Origin: an uncultured virus (IMG/VR IMGVR_UViG_2724679134_000002)
Lineage: Duplodnaviria > Heunggongvirae > Uroviricota > Caudoviricetes
IMG/VR virus record: IMGVR_UViG_2724679134_000002
DNA: 64,000 nucleotides
Direction: 5' to 3' (one strand)
In this document: positions 21,142 through 31,294 of the stretch, piece after piece
Numbering within the stretch: position 1 is the stretch's first letter
Layout of the letters: each line of letters starts with the position of its first letter
Notes under the pieces: model-generated
The model's database searches: none
The model's input: only the letters and a program-made list of their open reading frames with translations
Told to the model about the DNA's origin: nothing
Made by a program: the position numbers and the translations under genes

Positions 21142-22143
21142 CTAAATAAAGATTTGATTCTTTTCTTCCTCGAAATCACGCAAATCATAATGCTTAATAG
21201 TTGTTGAAACGTCTTCATGGTGGGCTACATATTTACTGATAAGTTCAATTTTGATTTTCTTCACTTCAAGCAAATATGTAATACATGAGGCTTTAAAGAG
21301 GTGAGGGTTGATGCGGCGGCCGAGGATATCAGAGAGTACATCTGAACAGAAATAGTCCGCCCATGATTCTGACATTTGTTTTGGTTGTCCGCCATACTGA
21401 GTGGTGAAGAGGTATTCATGTTCATAGCCGCGTTTTTCATGCCAAAGCTTCAGATATTCCAAGCTTTCTGTATTAATCATATACTCCAATGGTTTTCCTT
21501 CGCCTTTTCCTTTTCCAAACACCTTATGACTCATAACATAAGATTGTCCTTCAGGAATAGGGTAGTCCAATATCTCAGTTTTAAATTGAATTAATTCTGC
21601 TCTTCTGCCACCAACATTAAATGCAGTAGCGAGCCATGCCATACCAAGGTAATTCTCATCTTCCTTAAGAGTATCCATCATTAGCTTGTAATCATCATAT
21701 GTAACCTTCAGCTTTTCATATGTGATCGTTTTAGGGATTGCAGGCAATCCACGTGTGAAATTCCTAAACTTTTCATAGTTTTCGTCATCTTCTGCAACAA
21801 CATTTTCAATGTAATTGTTTAATGATGACACACCTGCTTTTTTGAGAGCAATTCCACTTGACGACATACCTCGGTTCTTTAGAAAGCTTTGATATCGGAT
21901 AAAGTCACGTTTCGTTATTTTATATAGCTTCTTACCATTTAGAGAAGTATGAACCCACCAAAAGAATTGGCGAAGGGAGGAGTGGTATTGTTTTCGTGTT
22001 TTATCACGAAATGAATGAGCATCTAAAAACTCTTGTACTAAGTTTTTATGTTCCTCGTCTACTTGATCCCACATCTCCTGGGTCACTTCAGGAAGCTTTT
22101 TTGCTCTTGTGCGGAGCATATTCTTTTCAATTGGATTGGTCAT
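21142..22143 (-). CDS. yomM: YomM tyrosine recombinase (XerD/integrase family)
   Basis: GGRRAEL (R), GKG (K), PHLFK (HxxK), AHHEDVSTTIKHY (H, Y); 333 aa from ATG 22143. Confidence 0.9.
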   Translation of the reverse strand: MTNPIEKNMLRTRAKKLPEVTQEMWDQVDEEHKNLVQEFLDAHSFRDKTRKQYHSSLRQFFWWVHTSLNGKKLYKITKRDFIRYQSFLKNRGMSSSGIALKKAGVSSLNNYIENVVAEDDENYEKFRNFTRGLPAIPKTITYEKLKVTYDDYKLMMDTLKEDENYLGMAWLATAFNVGGRRAELIQFKTEILDYPIPEGQSYVMSHKVFGKGKGEGKPLEYMINTESLEYLKLWHEKRGYEHEYLFTTQYGGQPKQMSESWADYFCSDVLSDILGRRINPHLFKASCITYLLEVKKIKIELISKYVAHHEDVSTTIKHYDLRDFEEEKNQIFI

Positions 22144-22156
22144 TAATACACCACCG

Positions 22157-22573
22157 TTATTCTGTTTTAATACCACTTGCATGTAAATCTTTTTTCGCAG
22201 CGGCAATTAATCGTCCATCCTTTAAGGATTCAGATGTATTCTTCATAAACGCACGAGGTTTCCCATAACCGTAACCATATTTATCAGGATAAGTATAGCC
22301 TTGTCCAGTCTCTACGACTGTAGCAACATCTTTACCGCTGTCTTCACGGGTGTTGTCTAAGAAAATTCCATTGGCGTGGTTTTCAATTACAAAGGAATTC
22401 TTTAAAAGAGTTGTACGTTCATACACGAGCGGGTCATAGGAGTCATACACATCAGATTGAACATGATCCTGACCCGTTTTAATCATTGACTGCTTTGTGT
22501 TTGATTGTTTTTGAATTGCCTGTTTTGCAGCGAATTCAATCATTGCTGCTATTTCTTGCATGTTCTTGGCCAT
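22157..22573 (-). CDS. yomN: YomN-like tail morphogenesis protein
   Basis: 138 aa, YERT and PRAFM motifs seen in HK97 gp10-like proteins; synteny. Confidence 0.7.
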   Translation of the reverse strand: MAKNMQEIAAMIEFAAKQAIQKQSNTKQSMIKTGQDHVQSDVYDSYDPLVYERTTLLKNSFVIENHANGIFLDNTREDSGKDVATVVETGQGYTYPDKYGYGYGKPRAFMKNTSESLKDGRLIAAAKKDLHASGIKTE

Positions 22574-23058
22574 TATTCAGTCTCTTTTTCACTTTCAATA
22601 TCTTCGACCTTTTTAAGAATGAGGTCATTCACTTCTTCCAGAGATACATTTGAAAGTTTGTCTAAGTTTTCCTGTAACATCTTTGTGGCTTCTCCAAATT
22701 TCGTCATACTTTCTTCAGGGAAGCTATTAATAATCATTGGGAAAAATTCAGAATCGATAAGTTTTAGGTACCACTTAACTTTGTTCTTAATATCATCTGG
22801 AATTCCCAAGTCTGTAAATTCTTTAATGAGTGAAAAGAATGCCCATTGAACAGGATTAATACTCTTGAAATCAATGTTCTTTTCTTCGGCTTTTTGTGGA
22901 TCTGAAATCAATTCAGTAAGCATGTTGGTTAGTCGGGTAGGGGAGAAGTAAGGGTAAATAAAAACATGAACGTCATTAGTGAGCTGTACTTTTTCCTTCT
23001 TGTCGTATTTGCTTACACTTTCTTCAAGCAATGCTAAATTTAATTTTTTCGATGCCAT
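22573..23058 (-). CDS. yomO: YomO-like protein (possible tail assembly chaperone)
   Basis: 161 aa, strong AGGAGG RBS, synteny. Confidence 0.7.
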   Translation of the reverse strand: MASKKLNLALLEESVSKYDKKEKVQLTNDVHVFIYPYFSPTRLTNMLTELISDPQKAEEKNIDFKSINPVQWAFFSLIKEFTDLGIPDDIKNKVKWYLKLIDSEFFPMIINSFPEESMTKFGEATKMLQENLDKLSNVSLEEVNDLILKKVEDIESEKETE

Positions 23059-23137
23059 TTCATTTCCTCCTTATATATCCTCTGATCTTTAAAAAAGACA
23101 CCTCAAAGGGGAGAGGTGTCTAAATAAAACTTGTATT

Positions 23138-23293
23138 TTATTTTGTGGGTGGTTCTGATGTATATGGTTCTCCTGTGATTTCCTGATATTGTTCAGGTGT
23201 GATACGGCCTACAGCTACAACATCATGAACCATTTCTTTTGTCCAAAGACCTTCATCATAGAACTTTTTAATTCGACTAAACCAGTCAATCAT
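23138..23293 (-). CDS. yomP: XkdX-family small protein (51 aa; not in ORF track)
   Basis: MIDWFSRIKKFYDEGLWTKEMVHDVVAVGRITPEQYQEITGEPY..; ITPEQYQEITG is the XkdX motif; GGAGGTG RBS. Confidence 0.85.
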   Translation of the reverse strand: MIDWFSRIKKFYDEGLWTKEMVHDVVAVGRITPEQYQEITGEPYTSEPPTK

Positions 23294-23584
23294 TTATTCA
23301 CCTCCCATTGCAATCAGATAGTAAAGCTCTGCAACCTGATCTTTAAGTTCTTGAACCTCTGATGGTGTTGGCGGATCAGGTTTAATGCTATCTTTGTATT
23401 CCTCCGATGCCGACTCAACCCAATCATCTATCTTTGGATTAAACAAAGGTGAAATAATACCATCTTTAGGTACTTTAAGTGTACTGTTGGGCGGTAATAC
23501 CTCAGATACAATATCTTCTTCACCGGCATATTTAAAGTCTTTATCATAATATAAAACGTGTATGCTGTTCCCCTCCTCTACCAT
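23294..23584 (-). CDS. yomQ: Tail fibre assembly-type small protein (YomQ position)
   Basis: Acidic 96 aa ORF ending ELKDQVAELYYLIAMGG, lying between the fibre gene and xkdX. Confidence 0.65.
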   Translation of the reverse strand: MVEEGNSIHVLYYDKDFKYAGEEDIVSEVLPPNSTLKVPKDGIISPLFNPKIDDWVESASEEYKDSIKPDPPTPSEVQELKDQVAELYYLIAMGGE

Positions 23585-25083
23585 AAAGGAATCCCAATAT
23601 TAAATGACACTCTTGAAACATTTGCGGTGTCAGTTGCTTGAATACCATCGAATCTCAAGTCACCGTCTGTTGTAAATCCAAATCTCGCTGTTCCGTAAGA
23701 ACCTATTGTAGGCACAACAAGATCAACTAGTTGTGTAGGCTTGTTAGTGAATTTTGCTACAACTGTCCCAATAGCTGGAAGCGAACCAAATGTGCCTCGT
23801 AGCCATAATACATTACTCACAACAGAAAACTTGAATGGATATGTTGTATTCTGTTGTGCTCCATTGATTAGCGTGACAGCGTTCCATGTTCCACTCAGTT
23901 CCGCATCAGTTAAAAGTCTTTCCCATGATGACCATACGCCGTTGTTATAAGATTTTCTATACGTTTTATTATCATTAGAAAAAACTATGATATGGCCAAC
24001 AGTTTTTCCTGAATTACCTGTCCAAAATCCTCTACCTGAACTGTTGGGCGAATTGGGTGGTGAACCGGTAAAAGAGAAATACGTAAATGATGTCAAATTA
24101 AGCAATGTCGTATGGAAATCAGTCGTAATATTTATAATAGGTTGCCCGTCATCACTTGATATTTTTGATATTTGTGCGCCGTTCCACTTATCCTTATCAG
24201 ATTGAGTTACATGGATATCTGTATTATTAGCATGAGCATCTACTTTTGATTGTGAGCCTTCCACTGATTCTATTTCACGCCAAGTTGTCCAAGCATCAGA
24301 ACTGGCTACTTTGTTTCTCATAAACTTTCTTCTACCTGATGATGATGTGTCACTGCTACTATATGATGTGAATTCTTGATATGTATATGTGCCGTAGTTA
24401 TATACCATTAAGTATCCATTATTATTGACAGGAGCGTTTAATGCTGTTGACGCACTACTTATGTAATAAAATCCAGTATCGGTAACAGTATTGAAATCTG
24501 CACCAGATAGATACTTTGCTAGTCCGTTATCCTGAGTTATTTTATAGAGCTGTGAGCCGTTCCACTTATCCTTATCAGCCTGAGATGTGTGACGAATTCC
24601 GTTTGAATCGTGTGTCAGTAACTGAGCGTATGTAGCTTGCTTCTCGTTAATTACGTTACCCAGACCTATTTGTTCTTTCGTTACATAATGAGGATTAGAG
24701 AGATCATTTACGTGATTATCAAACTCCGTTTTAGCTGCTTGTTGGATATCATCAACTTTCCCTAAACCAACCTGATCTTTTGTTACTGAATGTGGATTGG
24801 ACTTGTCGTCAACATGTTTATCGAATTCAGTCTTTGTTGCTTGTTGTTCATTGGTAACTTTTGACAATCCGACCTGCGCTTTGGTGACTTGATGGGGATT
24901 GTTATTGTTTTCCGTATGCTGTTTTAATTCGTAATTTTGCTGTTCCATAAAGTCGTTCACTTTTTCAGTTAACGCTTGTTCATGGTCGATCATGTGCTTT
25001 TCGGTTTTAGTGTAATCATTTCTAAGATTATTGATCTGAATATTGTTTTGTTTAAGTTGGCCTACGAATTTGCTGCTACTCAT
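23578..25083 (-). CDS. yomR: YomR-like tail fibre / receptor-binding protein with internal repeats
   Basis: Three NPHxVTKxQ(V/I)GL repeats, two QxDKDKWNG repeats, knob-like DFNTVTDTGFYY..WTTWRE domain. Confidence 0.8.
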   Translation of the reverse strand: MSSSKFVGQLKQNNIQINNLRNDYTKTEKHMIDHEQALTEKVNDFMEQQNYELKQHTENNNNPHQVTKAQVGLSKVTNEQQATKTEFDKHVDDKSNPHSVTKDQVGLGKVDDIQQAAKTEFDNHVNDLSNPHYVTKEQIGLGNVINEKQATYAQLLTHDSNGIRHTSQADKDKWNGSQLYKITQDNGLAKYLSGADFNTVTDTGFYYISSASTALNAPVNNNGYLMVYNYGTYTYQEFTSYSSSDTSSSGRRKFMRNKVASSDAWTTWREIESVEGSQSKVDAHANNTDIHVTQSDKDKWNGAQISKISSDDGQPIINITTDFHTTLLNLTSFTYFSFTGSPPNSPNSSGRGFWTGNSGKTVGHIIVFSNDNKTYRKSYNNGVWSSWERLLTDAELSGTWNAVTLINGAQQNTTYPFKFSVVSNVLWLRGTFGSLPAIGTVVAKFTNKPTQLVDLVVPTIGSYGTARFGFTTDGDLRFDGIQATDTANVSRVSFNIGIPLW

Positions 25084-25442
25084 TAACTCACCGCAATTCC
25101 TTTTACAGTAACATCACCATTAATTGAAATTACTTCAACCATAAATTTAAACAAGCCGGCTATTTCAAAATCCCAATTCTCATTAGTATTTAATGTTCCT
25201 GTGCCTAATTGAAAGTCTGTTTTGTTTGTTCCAGCAAGCTCCGTTTTTTCACCATTTTCATCTATCGCAAAGAATTTTAATTCTCTTGTAGTTGAGGAAC
25301 CAGAGATCTTAACAGTAATATCCCGAAAATGTGATACTAAAAATTCTTCACCTTCAGACGGGGCAGTTGTTGCTTCGTGAAATGTAAAGGTTGTCTTATC
25401 TGGTATGGTTCTAAAAATATTGTCATCGGTTTCTGGCAACAT
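25083..25442 (-). CDS. yomS: YomS-like structural protein
   Basis: 119 aa, AAGGAGG RBS, coupled to yomR; synteny. Confidence 0.7.
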   Translation of the reverse strand: MLPETDDNIFRTIPDKTTFTFHEATTAPSEGEEFLVSHFRDITVKISGSSTTRELKFFAIDENGEKTELAGTNKTDFQLGTGTLNTNENWDFEIAGLFKFMVEVISINGDVTVKGIAVS

Positions 25443-25514
25443 CTCTACCTCCTTAATTTGTATAAAAACTGTCTTTTATTTAAATAAAGAAGAGGGGAGA
25501 GACCCCCTCAAAAA

Positions 25515-25982
25515 TTATTTAGCTTCAAATACTCTTACATCTCTGTCAGTACCGTCATTAATCACATAGACATAAAGTGTTTTGCCAGCAGCAACAGGTA
25601 CTGAAAAAGGTTTGTCACCGGCTGTCAATGGTATACCTGTATCAGCAGTCACAATAGAGTTTCCAATGTAAATCGTACCTTCTGTCGGAGGGTAAATAGT
25701 AAGTGCAGTTCTGTCAGTAATACCTGCGGTAACTTTTTGGGCTGTTGAAGTAACAGTGAATTTATCCGTCTTAAAAGAGAAGAATCCTAGATCTCTTTCA
25801 TTCAATGTTACGGAAGGAGATTGTACCTGGATACCTTTGATAGCATCCAAGCCAGTTTGAGGGAAGTCAACTTGCAGAGGCTTTTCTTGTGATTTGAGAT
25901 GAATGTCAGTTACTAAACCACCGTTTCCATCATCTCTAGCTGAAGATTTTACACCATCGAAATCATTAAGTTTTGCTACCAT
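25515..25982 (-). CDS. Hypothetical beta-rich virion protein (possible tail decoration)
   Basis: 155 aa downstream of the tail tube gene; AGGAG RBS; followed by a hairpin. Confidence 0.65.
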   Translation of the reverse strand: MVAKLNDFDGVKSSARDDGNGGLVTDIHLKSQEKPLQVDFPQTGLDAIKGIQVQSPSVTLNERDLGFFSFKTDKFTVTSTAQKVTAGITDRTALTIYPPTEGTIYIGNSIVTADTGIPLTAGDKPFSVPVAAGKTLYVYVINDGTDRDVRVFEAK

Positions 25983-26002
25983 TAAAAATCACTCCTGTAA
26001 AA

Positions 26003-26794
26003 TTAATTGCCAACGTCTACGGATTTAGTTTGAGTTTCTGTATCAGAGCCAGGATCTGGAGCGGCTGCATTATCATCTCTGCTCGCTTCAATAACCACAG
26101 CCATCTCATCTGTGTCCGTATCGGCCAGTGCTTCGAATTTAATTTCTGGAGCTAATGCATTACCGTTTTCGAGCGACATTTCAAACTCACCTGAAGGGGA
26201 TACATTAGGGAATTGAATGTAAATATCGCTATAGACCTCTTCGGTATCAGGATTATAGGCAATTGTACGGTATTCAACTTCATATCGCTCAGAGAATTTA
26301 CTTGCTTTAATAGCGAGCCGTCTGCCGATTTTGTTAATCTGATATACAGCTGTCAACTTCTCTTTTGTACCAGCAAATCCAGTAGGGATTAAACAAGTGC
26401 CATCAGTAGACACAGGTGTCTTGTAAGTTAATCCTTTTTTGTTGAAGAAGGTTACATCACTTACCGGTTTACCTTTTAGAGTGACCGCATTTTTGTCATC
26501 AACAATTAGACCATGTTCCCGGTCAAAAACCTGAACTTTGGCTTCTTCCTCAATTGTTTCACCTTGTGTCATCGCTAACCACTCTAGGTCGAAAAATGCA
26601 TTCTTGACAGTAAGATTGATTTCTTTTTCAGATTTCAAAATATACAGTGGCTTATTCCCGATACCACCACGAAGCTTTTCTTCGGAGATGGCTTGGGAGA
26701 ATGAAGCTGTTTGTGCTTCTGCTGTGAATACAAGCTGACCATCAGATTTTCTTCTGAAATAAACATCAGCTGTATCTTGAATAACTGTTTTCAT
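26003..26794 (-). CDS. yomU: YomU-like major tail (tube) protein
   Basis: 263 aa, AAGGAGG RBS, IQFPNVSPSGEFEMSL..EIKFEAL tube-like C-terminal strands; synteny. Confidence 0.72.
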   Translation of the reverse strand: MKTVIQDTADVYFRRKSDGQLVFTAEAQTASFSQAISEEKLRGGIGNKPLYILKSEKEINLTVKNAFFDLEWLAMTQGETIEEEAKVQVFDREHGLIVDDKNAVTLKGKPVSDVTFFNKKGLTYKTPVSTDGTCLIPTGFAGTKEKLTAVYQINKIGRRLAIKASKFSERYEVEYRTIAYNPDTEEVYSDIYIQFPNVSPSGEFEMSLENGNALAPEIKFEALADTDTDEMAVVIEASRDDNAAAPDPGSDTETQTKSVDVGN

Positions 26795-26831
26795 CTATAA
26801 ATTTCCTCCTTAAAATAAAAAGGAACAGCTA

Positions 26832-27557
26832 TTAGCTGCCCTTAGAAAAGTCTTTGGTCTCATTCATAAATTTATCTCGGCTTATGTAATGTTTCTCTTC
26901 CTCAAATAAGTCAATGTGTTTATCCCAGTTCACAATGTTTTTACCTGCTTCTGGTGATACTGTGGCAAAGAGGGTGGAAGTATCATATTGCTTGAATTGA
27001 GCAATCCGGTGATAAGTCATATACAGTTGAAACAGGGTCATGTCATTAATGTCTTTATAAAGATATCCAGTATAAGTCGACACTGTGCTAATGATATCTG
27101 CCATATCAACAGGATCAACTTCTTGACTTTTGACTCTTTTGCTTCGCTCATTAGCTTTTTGAATCTCAGGATTGGAGCTTATTTTTTCTTCCTTCAAACA
27201 ACACATTTTTAATACAAGTTCTCTAATGGAATCGAAGTTGTCTGGAGTAAGCTTATCCAGTATTTCTTCTCCGTTGAACATTTTAGAAAACACAACACTA
27301 TATGCTTCTTGAAAATTTGGAAGGGTGTCCGATATTTCATAAAGGGTCATTTTTTTCAATTCAGAAATAAGTTCATCTAGTTCCCCAAAACGATTAACAT
27401 CTTCTTTGCTATAAACGTAAATGATCTCTTTTTTGGACATTTTTATTAACCTTAAGTAATTGGCTAACTGAGCATACTCTTTAACTTTAATGAATCTGCA
27501 TTCACCAAGTTCTGTAGAGATTGGTTCTCCAGTAATGAAAAACTCAATATCAATCAT
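26832..27557 (-). CDS. yomV: YomV-like tail morphogenesis protein
   Basis: 241 aa, synteny, coupled to yomW. Confidence 0.7.
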   Translation of the reverse strand: MIDIEFFITGEPISTELGECRFIKVKEYAQLANYLRLIKMSKKEIIYVYSKEDVNRFGELDELISELKKMTLYEISDTLPNFQEAYSVVFSKMFNGEEILDKLTPDNFDSIRELVLKMCCLKEEKISSNPEIQKANERSKRVKSQEVDPVDMADIISTVSTYTGYLYKDINDMTLFQLYMTYHRIAQFKQYDTSTLFATVSPEAGKNIVNWDKHIDLFEEEKHYISRDKFMNETKDFSKGS

Positions 27558-28060
27558 TTCATAGCTCCGAAAGTGAATATCAATTTGTATCCCAGATACC
27601 CGTCAGGCGCATTAGATATGAGCAGCCTTGTATATTTAACACTTTTACCGATACCCGCAAAGTTTTGATTGAAAAGTATCTCACATATCCTATCAGTAAT
27701 TTTTAAATTCCTGAATTCAGTCTCTTCATAAGTGTTAATGTGTGTATAAACATCAATCATTAAATCCTGATCGAGCAGCATCACACTTTGGGTAGAGGGT
27801 TTAGGAATCGCGTTACCAAGATAAACACAAAGTCTGCAAATTGGTAGATCGGGTAAATCATCTGTTTTGGGAGCACGTTTAATTATTGAGCTTAATATTG
27901 ATGGAGAATCATCAGCAGGGTCGAAGTAATTTTCCAACGTCTGAACGTCAGGAAGAGAAGAGGAGAGAGGGTCATCTTTATAATATAAAAGACGGTTCAA
28001 TTCTGTATCATTTATAATGGTTCTGAATACAGTTGTCATATGTTCAACCATCATACTCAT
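27554..28060 (-). CDS. yomW: YomW-like tail terminator/completion protein
   Basis: 168 aa, LNRLLYYKDDPL and IDVYTH motifs; synteny. Confidence 0.7.
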   Translation of the reverse strand: MSMMVEHMTTVFRTIINDTELNRLLYYKDDPLSSSLPDVQTLENYFDPADDSPSILSSIIKRAPKTDDLPDLPICRLCVYLGNAIPKPSTQSVMLLDQDLMIDVYTHINTYEETEFRNLKITDRICEILFNQNFAGIGKSVKYTRLLISNAPDGYLGYKLIFTFGAMK

Positions 28061-28722
28061 TCGCTATCACCTACAACTTTCTTCTTGGCTATTAGTTTAA
28101 TTATTCCGGTGTCTCCATATATCTTCGAATAGTCTATATCATCGACACGGTATTCTTCGCCATAAAAAGACAGAAAAAGACCCTTTTTTAATTTTTCATG
28201 CCTTACAAACGGGATAGTAATATGAGCTTGTCCTTCAGGAATGTTTATCGCCAATTCTGACCCAATTACTGAAGACGTTCGTTCTAAAATACATGGGATG
28301 TCAACCTTCTCACCAGGTACTTTAATCTTTATCGGTCTCCCGGTAATTTCATCAATCTTCCCGGAATCGATTAGTTTATCAGATGATGTTAGACTAATCG
28401 ATGAATTACAAAGCCGCATTGTAGCACTGTCATTCATTTTGTTATCGGTAGGACGTGAATTAACTAACCAATAGCTGCTGTCATAAAGGATTAAGTCTCC
28501 ACGATTTAATAGCCCTAATACTGTAAGGACTTTTTTTGTTTCGCTATCCTGGGTGGTTTGGATAATTACCTGCTCAGGCTTACCGTTCAATTCAATATCG
28601 TATGTTTCAGGTGAGTTAGCTAAGATTTCTTTAAAGACTTCGTATTTGTTTGAGTTAAACTCTTCATTTTCCCATCCACTTAAATAATTTGAGGAAGAGG
28701 TTAGATACCAATCTTTAGACAT
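28057..28722 (-). CDS. yomX: YomX-position head closure / head-tail joining protein
   Basis: 221 aa, LNRGDLI..YWLV..MRLCN pattern; synteny. Confidence 0.62.
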   Translation of the reverse strand: MSKDWYLTSSSNYLSGWENEEFNSNKYEVFKEILANSPETYDIELNGKPEQVIIQTTQDSETKKVLTVLGLLNRGDLILYDSSYWLVNSRPTDNKMNDSATMRLCNSSISLTSSDKLIDSGKIDEITGRPIKIKVPGEKVDIPCILERTSSVIGSELAINIPEGQAHITIPFVRHEKLKKGLFLSFYGEEYRVDDIDYSKIYGDTGIIKLIAKKKVVGDSE

Positions 28723-28731
28723 CTAATCACC

Positions 28732-29118
28732 TCAATCAAAGTTATTTACCTTTAACTTGCTCATCTTTTTTTCAATGTCATCAACGAGATCTTCATAAGC
28801 TCTGTTAACTTGAGCTTTAGTATTCGCTAAACCTGTCAATTGAATATCTCTGCCCACAACGTTGTTTAATTTAAGCGCTCTGTCTCTGTATCTTCCAAGA
28901 TAACCTTTATACATCAGCATTCCTAATATTTGAATTTGAGAAGGGGTAGGAGGTTCTTTAAAAGTGTTTGTTTCTTCATCATAATCAAGCTCTGTCAACT
29001 CACCTTCATACTCGCCAATAGCGTTCGTGAAAAATTGCTGCTCTAAACCATCAGGAAGAATCTCATTTGATTGAAACATTGAATGGAAAACGTTTATGAC
29101 TTTATCATAAGGAGTCAT
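28732..29118 (-). CDS. yomZ: Head-tail adaptor-like protein (YomZ position)
   Basis: 128 aa starting MTPYDKV; synteny. Confidence 0.6.
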   Translation of the reverse strand: MTPYDKVINVFHSMFQSNEILPDGLEQQFFTNAIGEYEGELTELDYDEETNTFKEPPTPSQIQILGMLMYKGYLGRYRDRALKLNNVVGRDIQLTGLANTKAQVNRAYEDLVDDIEKKMSKLKVNNFD

Positions 29119-29131
29119 CGTTCATCACTCC

Positions 29132-29605
29132 TTATGTTTGAGCGTCAAATTTAAATCCAGTGTAATCTTCAATGAACTTAATTTTGTTGTAGTCATTGAT
29201 TTTTTCTTTCTTAGCAACTTCAAACAATTGAGCTTTTTCAGATTCTAATACGATTTCTTTTTGAACATTTTCTTCAAAGGCTTTTTGTGTTTTGTAGCCT
29301 AAAATTTGTTTGATTCGTTCAACGGTAATAACTTCTTGTTTGCCGTCTTTGTCTTCAGTCTCAAACCCTAGATGTACACGGGTTTCTTTATCATCAATGT
29401 AGATCTTAGCATGAGTACCTTGACCGTCAGTCCCAGTAAATAATGAAGTATTATCATACACCTGAGATTGAACTTCACCAGCTGCGATTTGTCTAATCCC
29501 ATTAGCAGGTAACCTGAAGTCACCGTGACTATCAATCTTTTTGAAATATAAATCCCATGGACATAAATTTTTAATTGCTATTTTCTTATCTAAATTAAAA
29601 GACAT
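29132..29605 (-). CDS. yonA: YonA-position head protein
   Basis: GGAGG RBS before ATG 29605; directly after the capsid gene. Confidence 0.6.
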   Translation of the reverse strand: MSFNLDKKIAIKNLCPWDLYFKKIDSHGDFRLPANGIRQIAAGEVQSQVYDNTSLFTGTDGQGTHAKIYIDDKETRVHLGFETEDKDGKQEVITVERIKQILGYKTQKAFEENVQKEIVLESEKAQLFEVAKKEKINDYNKIKFIEDYTGFKFDAQT

Positions 29606-29658
29606 GTAATCCCTCCAAATAAAAAGGAGGGACACAGCCCTCCTAAATTTTTAATGAT

Positions 29659-30765
29659 TTAAACTTGTGGTAATTCATATTTAGTGTCTCTAATGAGACC
29701 GATTTGATGTTCTTGTCCCTTAGCAACACCTGCACCAATTTCCATATCAAAACGAGTGATTTCAGTTCCAGTGATAATATCGTTACCGTTCATTGAAGTC
29801 AATCCGCCTTTTTGGAATACTTGAAGTGGGGACTTTTTACCTTGAGGAATGAAGAAGAGAAGACCTTCAGGCAGGTATGTTTTGAAGTTGTCACCGGCTT
29901 TATTTAATTCAGTACGATTGTACGAGTTAGGCAATTCAACAACAGAAGAGCCTTTATAAGTGTTTAATAATCCTGTTCTACGGATCTCATCCATTACAGA
30001 TTGAGGAAGCTTAGTGCTTGTAGCATCTCCTGCAACAGCTTGGAATCCCGCAAAATCATTTAACTGAGAAACAACAGAAAAATCACCAACAATAGACGGT
30101 TGTCCAAATCGGCGAATCTTTGTGACTGTCTCATCAACTGAAGATTTAGTGATGCCTTCAGTTTCAGCGAAGTATTTTACTCCTGTTGCGTTTTTGATCG
30201 CATTAAACATTTCATTTACGACATAATACATTGCTTTATTCATCATGTCTATTTGAACTTGTTCCATACCTTCAGCAACTTTATCGAGGTTTCCACTTTG
30301 AATCTCACGATAGTTAACTGCGTAACCAGAAGAAATGGTTTGTGTCCCGATCGGATATTCGCTCCAAGTTGTAGTAGCGAACGGTACGTCACCACGGGCA
30401 GCTTGGAATTGGCTTCGGATTGATTCATGTGCGTAAGTTGTCATCATTGGTTGTTGGTCATATCCAATAGTTTTAAAAGTGCCCATAAAATCAAATAGCT
30501 TAATTGCTGAAATGAGTTTAGGCTCAATAGCATAACGAACAATTGTATTGATTTCGGCTTTTGCTACAGGGTTACCCATAACTGCTTGTGAAGCTAGTTC
30601 CTTCACACGGTTCATTGCTACGTCTGCTTTTGCTCCAAATTTAGAAAGGTCTTGCCCTGTTGCTACTGCAGAAAAGATTTCTACAATAGGTGATTTAGCA
30701 TTCAATTTTGCATTTGCATAATGATGTGAGTCTTTTTGAACATTATTTAATTCAACTGTATACAT
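29659..30765 (-). CDS. yonB: Major capsid protein
   Basis: 368 aa, strong RBS, highly-expressed codon bias, position after protease and decoration genes, followed by a hairpin. Confidence 0.78.
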   Translation of the reverse strand: MYTVELNNVQKDSHHYANAKLNAKSPIVEIFSAVATGQDLSKFGAKADVAMNRVKELASQAVMGNPVAKAEINTIVRYAIEPKLISAIKLFDFMGTFKTIGYDQQPMMTTYAHESIRSQFQAARGDVPFATTTWSEYPIGTQTISSGYAVNYREIQSGNLDKVAEGMEQVQIDMMNKAMYYVVNEMFNAIKNATGVKYFAETEGITKSSVDETVTKIRRFGQPSIVGDFSVVSQLNDFAGFQAVAGDATSTKLPQSVMDEIRRTGLLNTYKGSSVVELPNSYNRTELNKAGDNFKTYLPEGLLFFIPQGKKSPLQVFQKGGLTSMNGNDIITGTEITRFDMEIGAGVAKGQEHQIGLIRDTKYELPQV

Positions 30766-30789
30766 TAATAGTTACCTCCAGAATTATAA

Positions 30790-31254
30790 TTAAGCCTGTA
30801 CTGTTAGGTACAAACCTTTACCGCCGAATGAAGTTTTCTCTACTACTTTTAAAGACACTTTGAATTCTGCAACATCGTCTCCAGCTTTAACCCATTTACC
30901 TGTTTTGTCTGCAGCAGGAACTAATACATCATCTTTAACAAGAGCATCGTAATCAACTACACAATCTGAACTAAGCTCGATAGGCAATCCTTTTAAATCA
31001 GCTACATTAAAAGCAAGAACGTACTCACCTTTCAGGATTTTGAAGTCTGCTTTATTGCGGATTTCAGGCTTGTCAATAATATTCCCAACAACATAGACAT
31101 CACCTTTTGCAGATGATGTAGCTCCTGGAGGGAATGCATTTTTTGATGAATCGTTAGGGATTACAACGAGACCAGGGACTAGATCTACAGTTGCTTTGCA
31201 ACGAGGGTTGTTTCGCACTTGTTTATAAGCGCCAATAGTGCCAAATTTGAACAT
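30790..31254 (-). CDS. yonC: Probable capsid decoration/cement protein
   Basis: 154 aa beta-rich protein between scaffold and capsid genes. Confidence 0.62.
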   Translation of the reverse strand: MFKFGTIGAYKQVRNNPRCKATVDLVPGLVVIPNDSSKNAFPPGATSSAKGDVYVVGNIIDKPEIRNKADFKILKGEYVLAFNVADLKGLPIELSSDCVVDYDALVKDDVLVPAADKTGKWVKAGDDVAEFKVSLKVVEKTSFGGKGLYLTVQA

Positions 31255-31294
31255 TAAATATTCCTCCTAATTTCTATAAAAGTGTTATTTTATC

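Noticed and set aside
24177..24920. DNA repeats in yomR as a diversity-generating retroelement or shufflon
   Set aside because: The repeats are in-frame protein repeats; there is no reverse transcriptase, template repeat or inverted alternative C-termini.
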